Origin: an uncultured Armatimonadetes bacterium
GTDB taxonomy: Bacteria > Armatimonadota > Hebobacteria > Hebobacterales > Hebobacteraceae
DNA length: 64,000 nucleotides
Direction: 5' to 3'
Assembly (NCBI GenBank): GCA_963716175.1
Contig: OY970296.1
Span: 1,472,001-1,536,000 of the forward strand
The first letter of the stretch is position 1; every line of letters begins with the position of its first letter. Made by a program: the position numbers and the translations under genes. The notes under the pieces are model-generated. The model made no database searches. It was not told the origin of the DNA and was given only the letters and a program-made list of their open reading frames with translations. Positions 1-8,947 of the stretch are shown piece after piece.

Positions 1-285
1 TGCGAGGTAGATGTGGCTTCTTGCGGGGAAACTCTGGAGGAAGCTCGGGAAGGCCTGAAGGAGGCGGTTGGGCTTTACATCTCGGCGATGTTGGAGGAGG
101 GCAAGAGGGACAGCATCGCCAGGCCTGTGCCGCAGGATGCGCTTCGCGAGTTTATGGCCGAGGGAGACGAGGCCCCGCGCATTGAGTACTATACGCTGAT
201 CGTCGTACCCGTCCCTGACATGGAGATGGAGTTCGTTCCCTCCGAACTGGCTCCGGCCGGCTCCAGTCTAGCTGCTGCGCACTAG
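1..285 (+). CDS. hicB: HicB-family antitoxin (5' end probably outside the window)
   Basis: Motif 'SCGETLEEAREGLKEAVGLYI' is typical of the HicB N-domain; the frame is open from base 1; adjacent to a HicA-like ORF. Confidence 0.8.
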   Translation, partial: CEVDVASCGETLEEAREGLKEAVGLYISAMLEEGKRDSIARPVPQDALREFMAEGDEAPRIEYYTLIVVPVPDMEMEFVPSELAPAGSSLAAAH

Positions 286-286
286 C

Positions 287-520
287 GTGGCCCGCTTCCC
301 AGGGCGATCCTCTCGACAGATAGAGGAGCTGCTGCTGCACTTCCAGTTCCGGCTGGTTCGGACCAGGGGCGGCCACAACCTCTGGGCCCCGCTGTGGCCG
401 GGCAAGCCGGTGCCCGTCCCGCGCAACAGGCGGAGCATGCCGGGTGGCACGGTGCAGTCCATTCTCCGTCAGGCCGGCATCTCGCGGGCCCAGGCGCTCG
501 ACTTCTGGGGAATCCACTGA
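287..520 (+). CDS. hicA: HicA-family mRNA interferase toxin
   Basis: 77 aa basic protein with 'RTRGGHN...VPVP...GTVQSILRQAGI' HicA signature; starts 1 nt after the hicB stop. Confidence 0.85.
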   Translation: MARFPGRSSRQIEELLLHFQFRLVRTRGGHNLWAPLWPGKPVPVPRNRRSMPGGTVQSILRQAGISRAQALDFWGIH

Positions 521-687
521 TGCATCTGATCGCCCCGAGGACGAGGCCGCCACAAGGCTCTCGCCTATCTCGACGCAACTGACGGTCGCACTCGCCCATC
601 CCCGCGGCAGGAAGCCGCTTGACCGACTGGCCCTCGCCTGCGACACTTAGGGCCGCCAGCAGGCGGATCGTTAGGCGGGGGGCGCGG

Positions 688-3117
688 TTGAAGGACTTCT
701 TCATCAGTTACAACAAGGCCGATCGGGAGTGGGCGGAGTGGATTGCCTGGCACCTTGAGGAGGCGGGATACACCACGGTTCTCCAGGCCTGGGATTTCCG
801 GCCGGGGTCGAACATCGCTCTGAAGATGCACCGCGCCAGCGAAGAAGCCCATCGCACTATCGCGGTGCTGTCTGATGATTACCTGGAAGCGGTCTACACC
901 CAGCCGGAATGGGCCGCGGCCTTCTGGGCGGACCCCACGGGCGAGAAGGGCACACTACTGCCAGTGCGGGTCCGCACATGCAAGCCGAAGGGCCTGCTAG
1001 GCCCAATCCGCTACATAGACCTCGTGGGGATCGAGGAAGACGCGGCCAGGGAGGCACTGCTCGCGGGAGTTGAGCGAGATAGACCTAAGCCGGCAGTAAG
1101 GCCGGCCTTCCCTGCGGGTGCGGAGCGTTCGCTGGCGGAGCGGCCTGGCTTCCCGGGCGCGCTGCCAGCGGTCTGGAACGTCCCCCACCCCCGCAATCCC
1201 AACTTCACAGGCCGGCAAGGTCTGCTCGAGGCCATCCGAGAGGTGCTGGCCAGGGGGCAGCAGGCCGCGCTGACACAGGCGATTGTGGGGCTGGGCGGAG
1301 TGGGCAAGACCCAGCTCGCGCTGGAGTACGCGTATCGCCATGCGGAAGACTACTCAGTGGTGTGGTGGGCGCGGTCGGAGGAGCCGCCGCAGTTGGCCTG
1401 GGACTACGCCGCGCTCGCCGGCCCGCTGAAGCTCCCGCAAAGAGATGAGGCCGACCAGCGAGCGGCCGTCGAGGCCGTGCGGCGGTGGCTGGGGGGGAAT
1501 GCGGGCTGGCTGCTGATCTTCGACAACGCGCCCAACTTGGCGGCGGTCTATGAGTACCTGCCGCGAGGAGGCGCAGGCCACGTGCTGATTACCTCCCGCG
1601 ACCCTAGCTGGGGAGGAGTGGCGAGGCCGGTTTCTGTGCCCGAGTTCGCGCGGAGCGAGTCGGTTGAGTTCTTCCGTCGGCGCACCGGGCGGGAGGAGGG
1701 CGCGGCCGAGGTGGCCGAGGCCCTCGGGGACCTCCCTCTGGCCCTGGAGCAGGCGGCGGCCTATGTCGAGGCGACGGGCATCACCCTGGCCGGTTACCTG
1801 GCGCTGTTCCAAAGTCGCCGGAGTGAGCTCTGGGGGAAGGAGCGAGCGCCGCAGGCCTATTCCCAGACAGTGGCCACCACCTGGGCCCTGGGGATGGACC
1901 AAGTGCAGCAGCAATGCCCGCCTGCCGCGGACCTGCTGAATCTGTGCGCCTACCTGGGGCCGGATGACATTCCGCTGTCCCTGCTGCGAGAGGTAGCCGG
2001 GCATCTGCGGGCGCGCCTGGCCAAGGCTGCGCTTGATCCGCTGCTGCTCAACGAGGCGGTGGCCGCGCTGCGGCGCTACTCGCTGGTTCGGCTGGAGGGG
2101 GAAACCCTCTCAGTCCACCGGCTGGTGCAAGCGGTGACGCGGGACCGGCTGGGGCAGAAAGCAAGGCCGGAGTGGGCGGCAACGGCCGTGCGAGTGGTCA
2201 ACCAGGCCTTCCCCTTTGAGAGCGATGAAGTCGGAACCTGGCCGGAGTGCGCTCGTCTGCTGCCGCACGCTCTCGCCGCGGCGGGACATGCCGCCGATCT
2301 GGAGGTCGTCAGCGAAGACACCGGCCGCCTCCTCAACCGGACAGGGGGGTACCTCTGGGGCCGCGGCGAGTTCGGGGAGGCGCGGCGGTGCTGTGACCGG
2401 GCGCTAGCCATCAGTGAGAAGGCCTATGGGCCCGACCATCCCGCGGTGGCGGCGGGCCTGAACAACCTGGCCGCTGTGCTTCGGGCCCAGGGCGACCTGG
2501 CTGGGGCGCGGGCGCGCTGTGAGCGGGCGCTGGCCATTGATGAGAGGGTCTATGGGCCCCAGCGTCCAATGGTGGCGATCCGGCTGAACAACCTGGCCGG
2601 TGTGCTTCAGGCCCAGGGCGACCTGGCCGGGGCGCGGGGGTGCCTGGAGCGGGCGCTGGCCACTAGTGAGAAGGCCTATGGGCCCGAGCATCCGGACGTC
2701 GCGATCCGGCTGAGCAACTTGGGCACGGTGCTTCAGGACCTGAGGGACCTGGCCGGGGCGCGGGAGCGCCATGAGCGGGCGCTGGCCATTGATGAGAAGG
2801 TCTATGGGCCCGGGCATCCAACCGTGGCGATCCGGCTGAACAACCTGGGCAATGCGCTTCAGGCCCAGGGCGACCTGGCCGCGGCGCGGGAGCGCTATGA
2901 GCGAGCGCTGGCCATTAGCGAGAAGGTCTATGGGCCCGAGCATCCGCAGGTGGCGGGCGAGCTCAACAACCTCGCCGGCGTGCTTCGGGCCCACGGCGAC
3001 CTGGCCGGGGCGCGAGAGCGCCTGGAGCGGGCGCTGCGGATCTGCACTGCCTTCCTGGGCGAGGACCACCCGAGAACCAGGATCGTCCGAGCTAACCTGG
3101 CGTCTCTGGGTTCATAG
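688..3117 (+). CDS. TIR - NB-ARC - TPR protein (bacterial NLR-like / FxsT-like)
   Basis: TIR 'DFFISYNKADREWAEWIAWHLE' with conserved Glu in 'YTQPEW'; Walker A GLGGVGKT; Walker B LLIFDN; 'ITSR'; 'LPLAL'; 42-aa TPR repeats. TTG start at 688 inferred from the domain boundary. Confidence 0.9.
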   Translation: MKDFFISYNKADREWAEWIAWHLEEAGYTTVLQAWDFRPGSNIALKMHRASEEAHRTIAVLSDDYLEAVYTQPEWAAAFWADPTGEKGTLLPVRVRTCKPKGLLGPIRYIDLVGIEEDAAREALLAGVERDRPKPAVRPAFPAGAERSLAERPGFPGALPAVWNVPHPRNPNFTGRQGLLEAIREVLARGQQAALTQAIVGLGGVGKTQLALEYAYRHAEDYSVVWWARSEEPPQLAWDYAALAGPLKLPQRDEADQRAAVEAVRRWLGGNAGWLLIFDNAPNLAAVYEYLPRGGAGHVLITSRDPSWGGVARPVSVPEFARSESVEFFRRRTGREEGAAEVAEALGDLPLALEQAAAYVEATGITLAGYLALFQSRRSELWGKERAPQAYSQTVATTWALGMDQVQQQCPPAADLLNLCAYLGPDDIPLSLLREVAGHLRARLAKAALDPLLLNEAVAALRRYSLVRLEGETLSVHRLVQAVTRDRLGQKARPEWAATAVRVVNQAFPFESDEVGTWPECARLLPHALAAAGHAADLEVVSEDTGRLLNRTGGYLWGRGEFGEARRCCDRALAISEKAYGPDHPAVAAGLNNLAAVLRAQGDLAGARARCERALAIDERVYGPQRPMVAIRLNNLAGVLQAQGDLAGARGCLERALATSEKAYGPEHPDVAIRLSNLGTVLQDLRDLAGARERHERALAIDEKVYGPGHPTVAIRLNNLGNALQAQGDLAAARERYERALAISEKVYGPEHPQVAGELNNLAGVLRAHGDLAGARERLERALRICTAFLGEDHPRTRIVRANLASLGS
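2398..3060 (+). repeat. Tandem 126-bp coding repeats (TPR units)
   Basis: 'RALA(I/T)xE(K/R)xYGP' units start at 2398, 2524, 2650, 2776 and 2902, with a divergent unit at 3028. Confidence 0.9.
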
Positions 3118-3242
3118 GGTGGCGGGCGCACGCGTGCCCGCGGCACAGATTCTATGCTGAATGTGGCGCGATTGCGCCGTCTCTGTGCACCATAAAAAGC
3201 AAGCAATTTCCTAGCTTTTCCGCCAAAGGTCTTGACAGCGCC

Positions 3243-3251
3243 TGCTATAAT
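3243..3251 (+). promoter_or_regulatory. Extended -10 sigma70-type promoter upstream of the virion operon
   Basis: TGcTATAAT in an AT-richer intergenic stretch upstream of terS. Confidence 0.55.
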
Positions 3252-3252
3252 A

Positions 3253-3424
3253 GAGCTGGCAGCGTGGCCAGATCAGCCTTGGGCTGACCGCTGGCTGGGC
3301 CGGCAGAGCCGGCCGCCATCCCGGCCCTATCGGGCCTAGGGACATCCCGGCCGCCCGAAAGGGCGGACCCAGGGATCTGGAGGTTTGCCCGCCCCTGGTG
3401 GGGAGGCTGCCTCGCTGTTTGCTC
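3253..3424 (+). ncRNA. Candidate multi-stem structured leader RNA
   Basis: Closing stem GAGC..CAGCG-GGC / GCC-CGCTG..GCTC enclosing hairpins at 3273-3287, 3298-3314, 3323-3336 and 3351-3366 (GAAA tetraloop). Confidence 0.35.
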
Positions 3425-3476
3425 AGTTGCATCCGCCGCCCTCGCACCACCGCAGAGAACACGTCGGGGGAGAGCT

Positions 3477-4022
3477 ATGGCCAGCCGATCCAAAGCAGAG
3501 ACCGCAGCCCTGAGGGCAAGGGCGCAGCAGTTGCGCCAGGCAGGCCGTTCGGTGCGGGAAGTGGCGGAGGCGGTGGGGGCGCCGCAGAGCACTGTCCGCC
3601 GCTGGTTGGGAGCCGGGCCGGGCCGGGGCAAAGGGGCCGGGGCGAAGCACCCGGCGGAGGCGATGGCGGAGATGCTGCGGGCGGAGATCCCGGCGGTGAC
3701 GCGGGTGCTGCTGGATCTGGCGAAGGGTGGAGATGTGCGCGCGGCCGGGCTGGTGATGAAGCTGCTGGGCACTCAGCTCTGCCCGGAGGAGAGCGATGCG
3801 GGGGAGTCCGAGGCTGACGCTTCCGACCTGGAGCAAGAGCTCAGCACGCTGCCGGCCGACATCGCTGCCGAGATTGTGGGCTTACTGGCGCAGGCTCAAT
3901 CCGAGGCGACAGGCGGAGCTGGCGCGCCAGGCCGGGCGCCGGATGGGCGAGGGGGACGATCCCGCCGCCTACCTTGGCAGGCGGAGGATCATCCATCCGA
4001 CGAGGGGGCGGATTCGCTTTAG
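3477..4022 (+). CDS. HTH protein, putative terminase small subunit of the virion operon
   Basis: N-terminal HTH 'RSVREVAEAVGAPQSTVRRWL'; 'AKGGDVRAA' motif; immediately upstream of and overlapping terL. Confidence 0.65.
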   Translation: MASRSKAETAALRARAQQLRQAGRSVREVAEAVGAPQSTVRRWLGAGPGRGKGAGAKHPAEAMAEMLRAEIPAVTRVLLDLAKGGDVRAAGLVMKLLGTQLCPEESDAGESEADASDLEQELSTLPADIAAEIVGLLAQAQSEATGGAGAPGRAPDGRGGRSRRLPWQAEDHPSDEGADSL

Positions 4023-5262
4023 CCTTTACCCCTATCAGCGCCGGCTGCTGAGCTCTGCGGCGCCGCAGCGCATCATCGTCAAGGCCCGGCAGGTGGGCGT
4101 CTCCCAGCTGATCGCGGGCGAGGCGCTCTTCCTCGCCAGGCAATTCGAGGGAGTGACGGTGCTGTTCGTCAGCCGCAATCTGCCGGCCGCCCAGCACTTG
4201 CAGCGCATGGTCTACCAACTGATGGACTCGGACCCGAGCGGGCCGCCGGCAGTGCGCAGGAGTGAGACCGATCTGCAACTGGGCAACTACTCCGCGATCC
4301 GCAGCCTCCCGGCGACCGAGGACACCGGGCGCACCTTCGCCGCCACCGCGGTGTATCTGGATGAGTTCGCCCATATGCCGTGGGCGGATCGCATCTACCA
4401 GGCGATCGCGCCCTGCGCCGCCCGCGGGGGGCGAGTGACCGTGGTCTCGACGCCGCGGGGCAAGGCGAGTCCGTTCTACCGGCTCTGGCAGGAGAGCGGG
4501 CTGGGTTTGCGGCCGTTCCAGCGCGTGCGCATCCACTGGGCGGACTGCCCGGAGTACAACCCCGATGGGTTTCATCTCCGCGATCCGGAGGAGCGGCGGC
4601 GGGTCGGGGAGGAGGGAGCATGGTATCGGGGGCAGCGGCCCCGGTTCACCGATGAGCAGTGGGCCCAGGAGTACGAGTGCGACTTCGTGGGGTCGGCGGC
4701 CCTGGTCTACCGGGAGTTCGACCCGGAGCTGCACGTGGGCGAGTTCGCCTATCACCCGGGCTGGCCGGCTTACGCGGGCCAGGACTTCGGGTATGTCAAC
4801 CCCTCGGTGGCGCTGCTGATTCAGGTGAGTCCGTCCGAGGAGGTGTTCGTCTTCGCCGAGCACTATCACAGCAATCGCTCGCTGGCCTCACTGGCCCGCG
4901 AGGTCTACCGGCCCGCCTGCGAGAGATATGGGGTGCGCACCTGGTATTGCGACCCCTCCGGGCGGGCGGAGATGGCGGAGCTGCGGGCGGCCGGCATCCC
5001 GGCCGTGGGCCGGCGCTCGACCATTGACGAGGGAGTGCTCGCCATCCGCAAGCTGCTGCGACCCGCGGGCGGAGAGGCGCCGCGGCTGCACATCGCCCGC
5101 GGCTGCACTCGGCTGATCGCGGAGCTGAGCAGCTACGCTTACCGCGAGGAATCCGACAGCGTGGCGAAAGATCAGAGCGATCACGGGCCGGACGCGCTGC
5201 GCTATTTCGTGGTGAATCACTGGTCGGGCGCGGTGGATGCGGAGTGGATGAGTCTGCGCTGA
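3943..5262 (+). CDS. terL: Phage terminase large subunit
   Basis: 'LYPYQ' Q-motif, 'KARQVGVS' Walker A, 'VYLDEFAH' Walker B, 'VSTP' motif III, 'GQDFGYVNP' and 'DHGPDALRY' nuclease motifs; ATG at 3943 chosen as start. Confidence 0.92.
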   Translation: MGEGDDPAAYLGRRRIIHPTRGRIRFSLYPYQRRLLSSAAPQRIIVKARQVGVSQLIAGEALFLARQFEGVTVLFVSRNLPAAQHLQRMVYQLMDSDPSGPPAVRRSETDLQLGNYSAIRSLPATEDTGRTFAATAVYLDEFAHMPWADRIYQAIAPCAARGGRVTVVSTPRGKASPFYRLWQESGLGLRPFQRVRIHWADCPEYNPDGFHLRDPEERRRVGEEGAWYRGQRPRFTDEQWAQEYECDFVGSAALVYREFDPELHVGEFAYHPGWPAYAGQDFGYVNPSVALLIQVSPSEEVFVFAEHYHSNRSLASLAREVYRPACERYGVRTWYCDPSGRAEMAELRAAGIPAVGRRSTIDEGVLAIRKLLRPAGGEAPRLHIARGCTRLIAELSSYAYREESDSVAKDQSDHGPDALRYFVVNHWSGAVDAEWMSLR

Positions 5263-5328
5263 CGGGAAACGGCGTTGATCCGCAGATTACGCAGATTGCC
5301 CAGATGAAAAGGCACGCTGAGGTGGACG

Positions 5329-6633
5329 ATGATCCAGCCGACACTGGTGGAACAGGCAATCCTGTCGTTGAGAGAGACGGACTACACGCGCAATCTCCGC
5401 TACCGGCGGAACTGGCGCTATTACCAGAACCTGCCCTATGCCGAGCCGCGGCCGGGGCTCTATGCCAAGATGCGCGGCATCTTCAACCAGGTGACCAAGA
5501 TCGTGGACACGGATGCCCGGTTCGCCATGGGGGAGCGGCTGCAAGTGCAGGCCGAGCCGGAGCTGGAGCAGGCGATCAACCGGCTCTGGCAGTGGAGCGA
5601 TTTCCAGCAGGAGAAGTACCTGCTGGCTCGCTACGGGGCCTGCTGCGGCGATGCCTTCGTCAAGGTGGTGGACAATCGTCCCTGGGAGCTGAACCCGGAG
5701 CCGGACCCGGAGGCGCCGGTAAGGCTGAATGTGCTGCCGCCGGATGCGGTGGCGCCACGCTACGATCCGCACGATCGCCGGCGCATGCTGGCCTGCAAGA
5801 TCGAGTACGTCTACGGGCGCGAGATTCACAAGGAGGTGATCACGCCCCAGGAGATCTTGATCTACGATCCGCGCGATCCGGACCGGGTGGCGGCCAGCTA
5901 CGAGAACCCGCTGGGCTTCATCCCCATCGTGCACATCCGGAACCTGGACATCGGCGAGGAGTTCGGCCTGTGCTCGTTCCACAATCTGATCCCGACCGTG
6001 GACGCGCTGAACGAGATCGCCTCCTTCATGTTCGAGATCGTCAAGCTCTACGCCGACCCGGTGATCATCGGCCGGGGGATGGAGCGGGGCTCGCTGCGCA
6101 AGCAGACCGTGGATGAGGGCGGCCGGCCGGTGGCGACGGTGTGGTGGGTGCCGACCCCGGAGGGTTCGTTCGAGTTCCTGGAGTGGAGGGGCAACCTGCC
6201 GGATGTGCTGGCTTTCCTCGACCGCATTCAGGAGGCGATCGAGCGCAACACGCCGGAGCTGACGCTGTCCGGTCTGCGAGATCGGCAGGACATCAGCGGC
6301 TACTCCACCTCGCTGCATCTCATCGAGCTGGTGCGGAAGGTGAACGAGATGCGGGGCAGCTACTTCACCGGGCTGGAGCGGGCGAACCGGATGGCGCTGC
6401 GCATCCTGGAGATGCAGGGAAACGGCGAGTTCGGCGACGCCACCCATCGCATCATCGCCGACCCGGTGCTGCCAGTGGACGACGAGAGGCAAGTGCGGGT
6501 GCTGCAGATGGAGAACCAGGTGCTCCGCATCAAGTCCCGCGCCACGGTGGCGGCGGAGCGGGGGATAGAGGACGTGCAGGAGGAACTGCGGAAGGCAGAT
6601 GCGGACACGCCGGCGAGGCAAATGGTGGAATGA
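5329..6633 (+). CDS. Phage portal protein (SPP1-like)
   Basis: 434 aa following terL; 'ENPLGFIPIVHIRN' and 'SGYS' motifs typical of SPP1 gp6-like portals. Confidence 0.85.
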   Translation: MIQPTLVEQAILSLRETDYTRNLRYRRNWRYYQNLPYAEPRPGLYAKMRGIFNQVTKIVDTDARFAMGERLQVQAEPELEQAINRLWQWSDFQQEKYLLARYGACCGDAFVKVVDNRPWELNPEPDPEAPVRLNVLPPDAVAPRYDPHDRRRMLACKIEYVYGREIHKEVITPQEILIYDPRDPDRVAASYENPLGFIPIVHIRNLDIGEEFGLCSFHNLIPTVDALNEIASFMFEIVKLYADPVIIGRGMERGSLRKQTVDEGGRPVATVWWVPTPEGSFEFLEWRGNLPDVLAFLDRIQEAIERNTPELTLSGLRDRQDISGYSTSLHLIELVRKVNEMRGSYFTGLERANRMALRILEMQGNGEFGDATHRIIADPVLPVDDERQVRVLQMENQVLRIKSRATVAAERGIEDVQEELRKADADTPARQMVE

Positions 6634-6643
6634 GTGAAGTGGC

Positions 6644-6988
6644 ATGAGTGAACCCGCGCCGGACAAAACGCAGCACAAGCGGCCGCCGCTGGTGAGTCTG
6701 ATCCCGCGGCTGGCGAAGCTGGTCTACCATCTCGCCCGCGATCCGCGGGTGCCGTGGACGGTGAAGGCGGCACTGGCGGGGACCGCGGTCTATCTCGCCA
6801 GCCCGGTGGACATCATCCCGGACTGGATACCGGGCGCGGGATATCTGGATGATGTGCTGGTGGTGGGGCTGGTGGTGAGTTACGTGCTGGGCCGGGTGCC
6901 GCGGGAGGTGCTGATCGAGCACTGGGGGGAGGATGTGGAGGTGCTGGAGGGGCTGAGCGGGAAGCGGAGGCGGAAGAAGGCCAAGTAG
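6644..6988 (+). CDS. YkvA/DUF1232 family small membrane protein
   Basis: 'YLASPVDIIPDWIPGAGYLDD' family motif. Confidence 0.9.
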   Translation: MSEPAPDKTQHKRPPLVSLIPRLAKLVYHLARDPRVPWTVKAALAGTAVYLASPVDIIPDWIPGAGYLDDVLVVGLVVSYVLGRVPREVLIEHWGEDVEVLEGLSGKRRRKKAK

Positions 6989-7050
6989 AGATTCGAGATC
7001 GGGGAATAGAGAGGTGATGGCGCGGGCGCCGAAGGCGGCCGCGCTGCTAT

Positions 7051-7151
7051 GTAGGGGCGCCATTCATGGCGCCCTTTTATCATGGGCGTGATGTCCCTAG
7101 GTCCAAAGGGCCGGGATGGCGGCCGAAGGCCTAGCCAAATCACGCCCCTAC
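7051..7151. repeat. GTAG-type REP doublet
   Basis: GTAGGGGCGCCATTCATGGCGCCCC ... inverted copy ending AATCACGCCCCTAC. Confidence 0.7.
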
Positions 7152-7165
7152 ACAGGAGATGACCA

Positions 7166-7711
7166 ATGACCGAGACCCCTGAGCGCCCGAACGGGCAGCA
7201 GGAGAGTGAAGGGAACGAGGCGTCGCCGAGCGAGAGCAAGGCGGCGCCTCAGTCTTCGCGCCCGCAGTCGCCCCAAGACAAGCAGGAGTTCTACTGGCGG
7301 CGGCAGGCGGAGAAGCTGGAGAAGGAGCTGGCGGCCCTGCGCGCGGAGCGCGAGGCCGAGGTGCAGCGCGTATCCCACGATCGAGACGAGGCTGCGGCGC
7401 GGGCGACGGAGGCGGAGTGGCGCGCGGAGCGCCTTTCGCTGATCGCCCAGGCTGGCCTGCCCAGCGAGCTGATGGAGCTGGTGCCGGAGGGAGACCCGGA
7501 GCTGGTGTCCGGCTACCTGGAGCGGCTGAAGCCGATCGCGGAGAAGCTGGCGCGGCCCGCCCCGCGGGGCCTGACCAACACCAATCCCCGGAACCCGGCC
7601 GGCTCGGATGATGCCCGGCTGGAGCGCTTGGCCGGAGAGGCGGCGCGAGGAGATCGCCGCGCGCTGCGCGAGTACGCGCACTTGCGGGAGCGTGTGAAGC
7701 CCAAGAGGTAG
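7166..7711 (+). CDS. Putative capsid scaffolding protein
   Basis: Acidic/disordered N-terminus plus coiled coil; lies between portal and capsid genes; AGGAG RBS. Confidence 0.65.
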   Translation: MTETPERPNGQQESEGNEASPSESKAAPQSSRPQSPQDKQEFYWRRQAEKLEKELAALRAEREAEVQRVSHDRDEAAARATEAEWRAERLSLIAQAGLPSELMELVPEGDPELVSGYLERLKPIAEKLARPAPRGLTNTNPRNPAGSDDARLERLAGEAARGDRRALREYAHLRERVKPKR

Positions 7712-7808
7712 CGCGAAAACGGCCATCCGCCGATGAACGCAGATGAACGCGGATGACCGGCGTGATCCTTCGGCTTCGCCTCAGGATGACAAGAACAAGG
7801 AGAGATGA

Positions 7809-8947
7809 ATGCCTTTCAACGGTTTGGCAACCTACGACAACTTCGAGGGGATTGGAGAGGATGTCTCCGATCTCGTCGCGTTCTGGCCCCCTTCGAGACC
7901 CCGCTGCTGGAGGTGGTGGGCGGGGCCGATCAGCCGGCCACCAACGTCAAGCACGAGTGGCTGGAGGACACGCTGAACCCGACCACGGATATCACCTCCA
8001 CTGGGGTGGCCTCGGCCACCGGGCAGGGGACACTGACGGTGGCCCATGCCAGCTACTTCCGGGCCGGTGACACTATCCAGCTCGACACGGAAGTGATGCT
8101 GGTGAACTCGGTCTCGGACACCAGCACCATCGGCGTCACGCGCGGCTATGGCGCCACCGCGGCGGCCGCGCACAGCGCGGGCGCGGGGATCACCATCATC
8201 GGCAACGCCGCCCTGGAGGGCGAAGACACCGACGAGGATCGCACCACGCGCCAGGTGCGCAAGTCCAACTACTGCCAGATCCTGAAGGTCGGGGTGAAGC
8301 TGTCTGGCACCGCCCAGGCGGTGGGCTGGATCACCACCGGGGATAAGCTGGCGGACGCCAAGGTGATGCGGCTGCGCGAGCTGCTGCGCGACCTGGAGAA
8401 GACCATTCTGCTGGGCCGCACCGATGTCGCCACCATTGGCTCGGACACCGCGCGGCGCACCATGGCTGGCATCGTCTGCTCGCTGGCCACCAATGTGGTG
8501 AGCTGCGGCACGCTCACCGAGAGCGCGCTGGGCAACCTGCTGCAGTCCTGCTACAACCAGGGCAACCGGGATATGGACCTAATCGTGGCTCCGCCCAAGC
8601 AGAAGCGGATCATCTCCGGCTGGAACAGCAGCCGCATCCACGTCACCAATGAGGCCAATGCCTACCGCAACGTGGTGGAGGTGTACGAGAGCGACTTCGG
8701 CAGCCAGCGCGTGATCATGAACCGGTGGCTGCCCGATGACATGGTGCTGACCCTGGACTCCAGCCGAATCAAGGTGGTGCCGCTGGCGGGCCGGTCTTTC
8801 CGCTATGAGGAGCTGGCCAAAGGCGGCGACTACGTGCGCGGGCAGATCGTGGGCGAGTATACGCTCGAGCTGCGGAACGGAAAGCCCCTAAGCCGGCTAC
8901 AGGCGGAAGGTCAGGAGGGGCAGGGAATCGGCCCCGATGACCACTGA
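7809..8947 (+). CDS. Major capsid protein (SU10/DUF5309-like), 5' part; frameshifted near 7883 and interrupted at 8879
   Basis: N-terminus MPFNGLATYDNFEGIGEDVSDLVAF from ATG 7809 (AAGGAG RBS); continues in the -1 frame 'APFETPLL..KHEWLEDTL..NYCQI..YESDFG..GEYTLELRN'; the last 22 codons of the ORF come from the inserted element. Confidence 0.85.
8873..8898. other. attL (core CGGAACG plus P' arm GAAAGCCCCTAAGCCGGCT)
   Basis: The arm at 8880-8898 is reverse-complementary (14/19) to the arm at 50444-50462. Confidence 0.85.

Noticed and set aside
2398-3060. 126-bp repeats as a CRISPR array or DGR template/variable repeat
   Set aside because: They are in-frame TPR coding repeats; no reverse transcriptase was seen in the window
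3232-3251. Perfect TTGACA and TATAAT hexamers as a canonical promoter pair
   Set aside because: The spacer is only 8 bp; only the extended -10 was kept
8880-8947. GKPLSRLQAEGQEGQGIGPDDH as the true capsid C-terminus
   Set aside because: It is read-through into attL and the antisense strand of the integrase; a better C-terminus exists at 50462-50503
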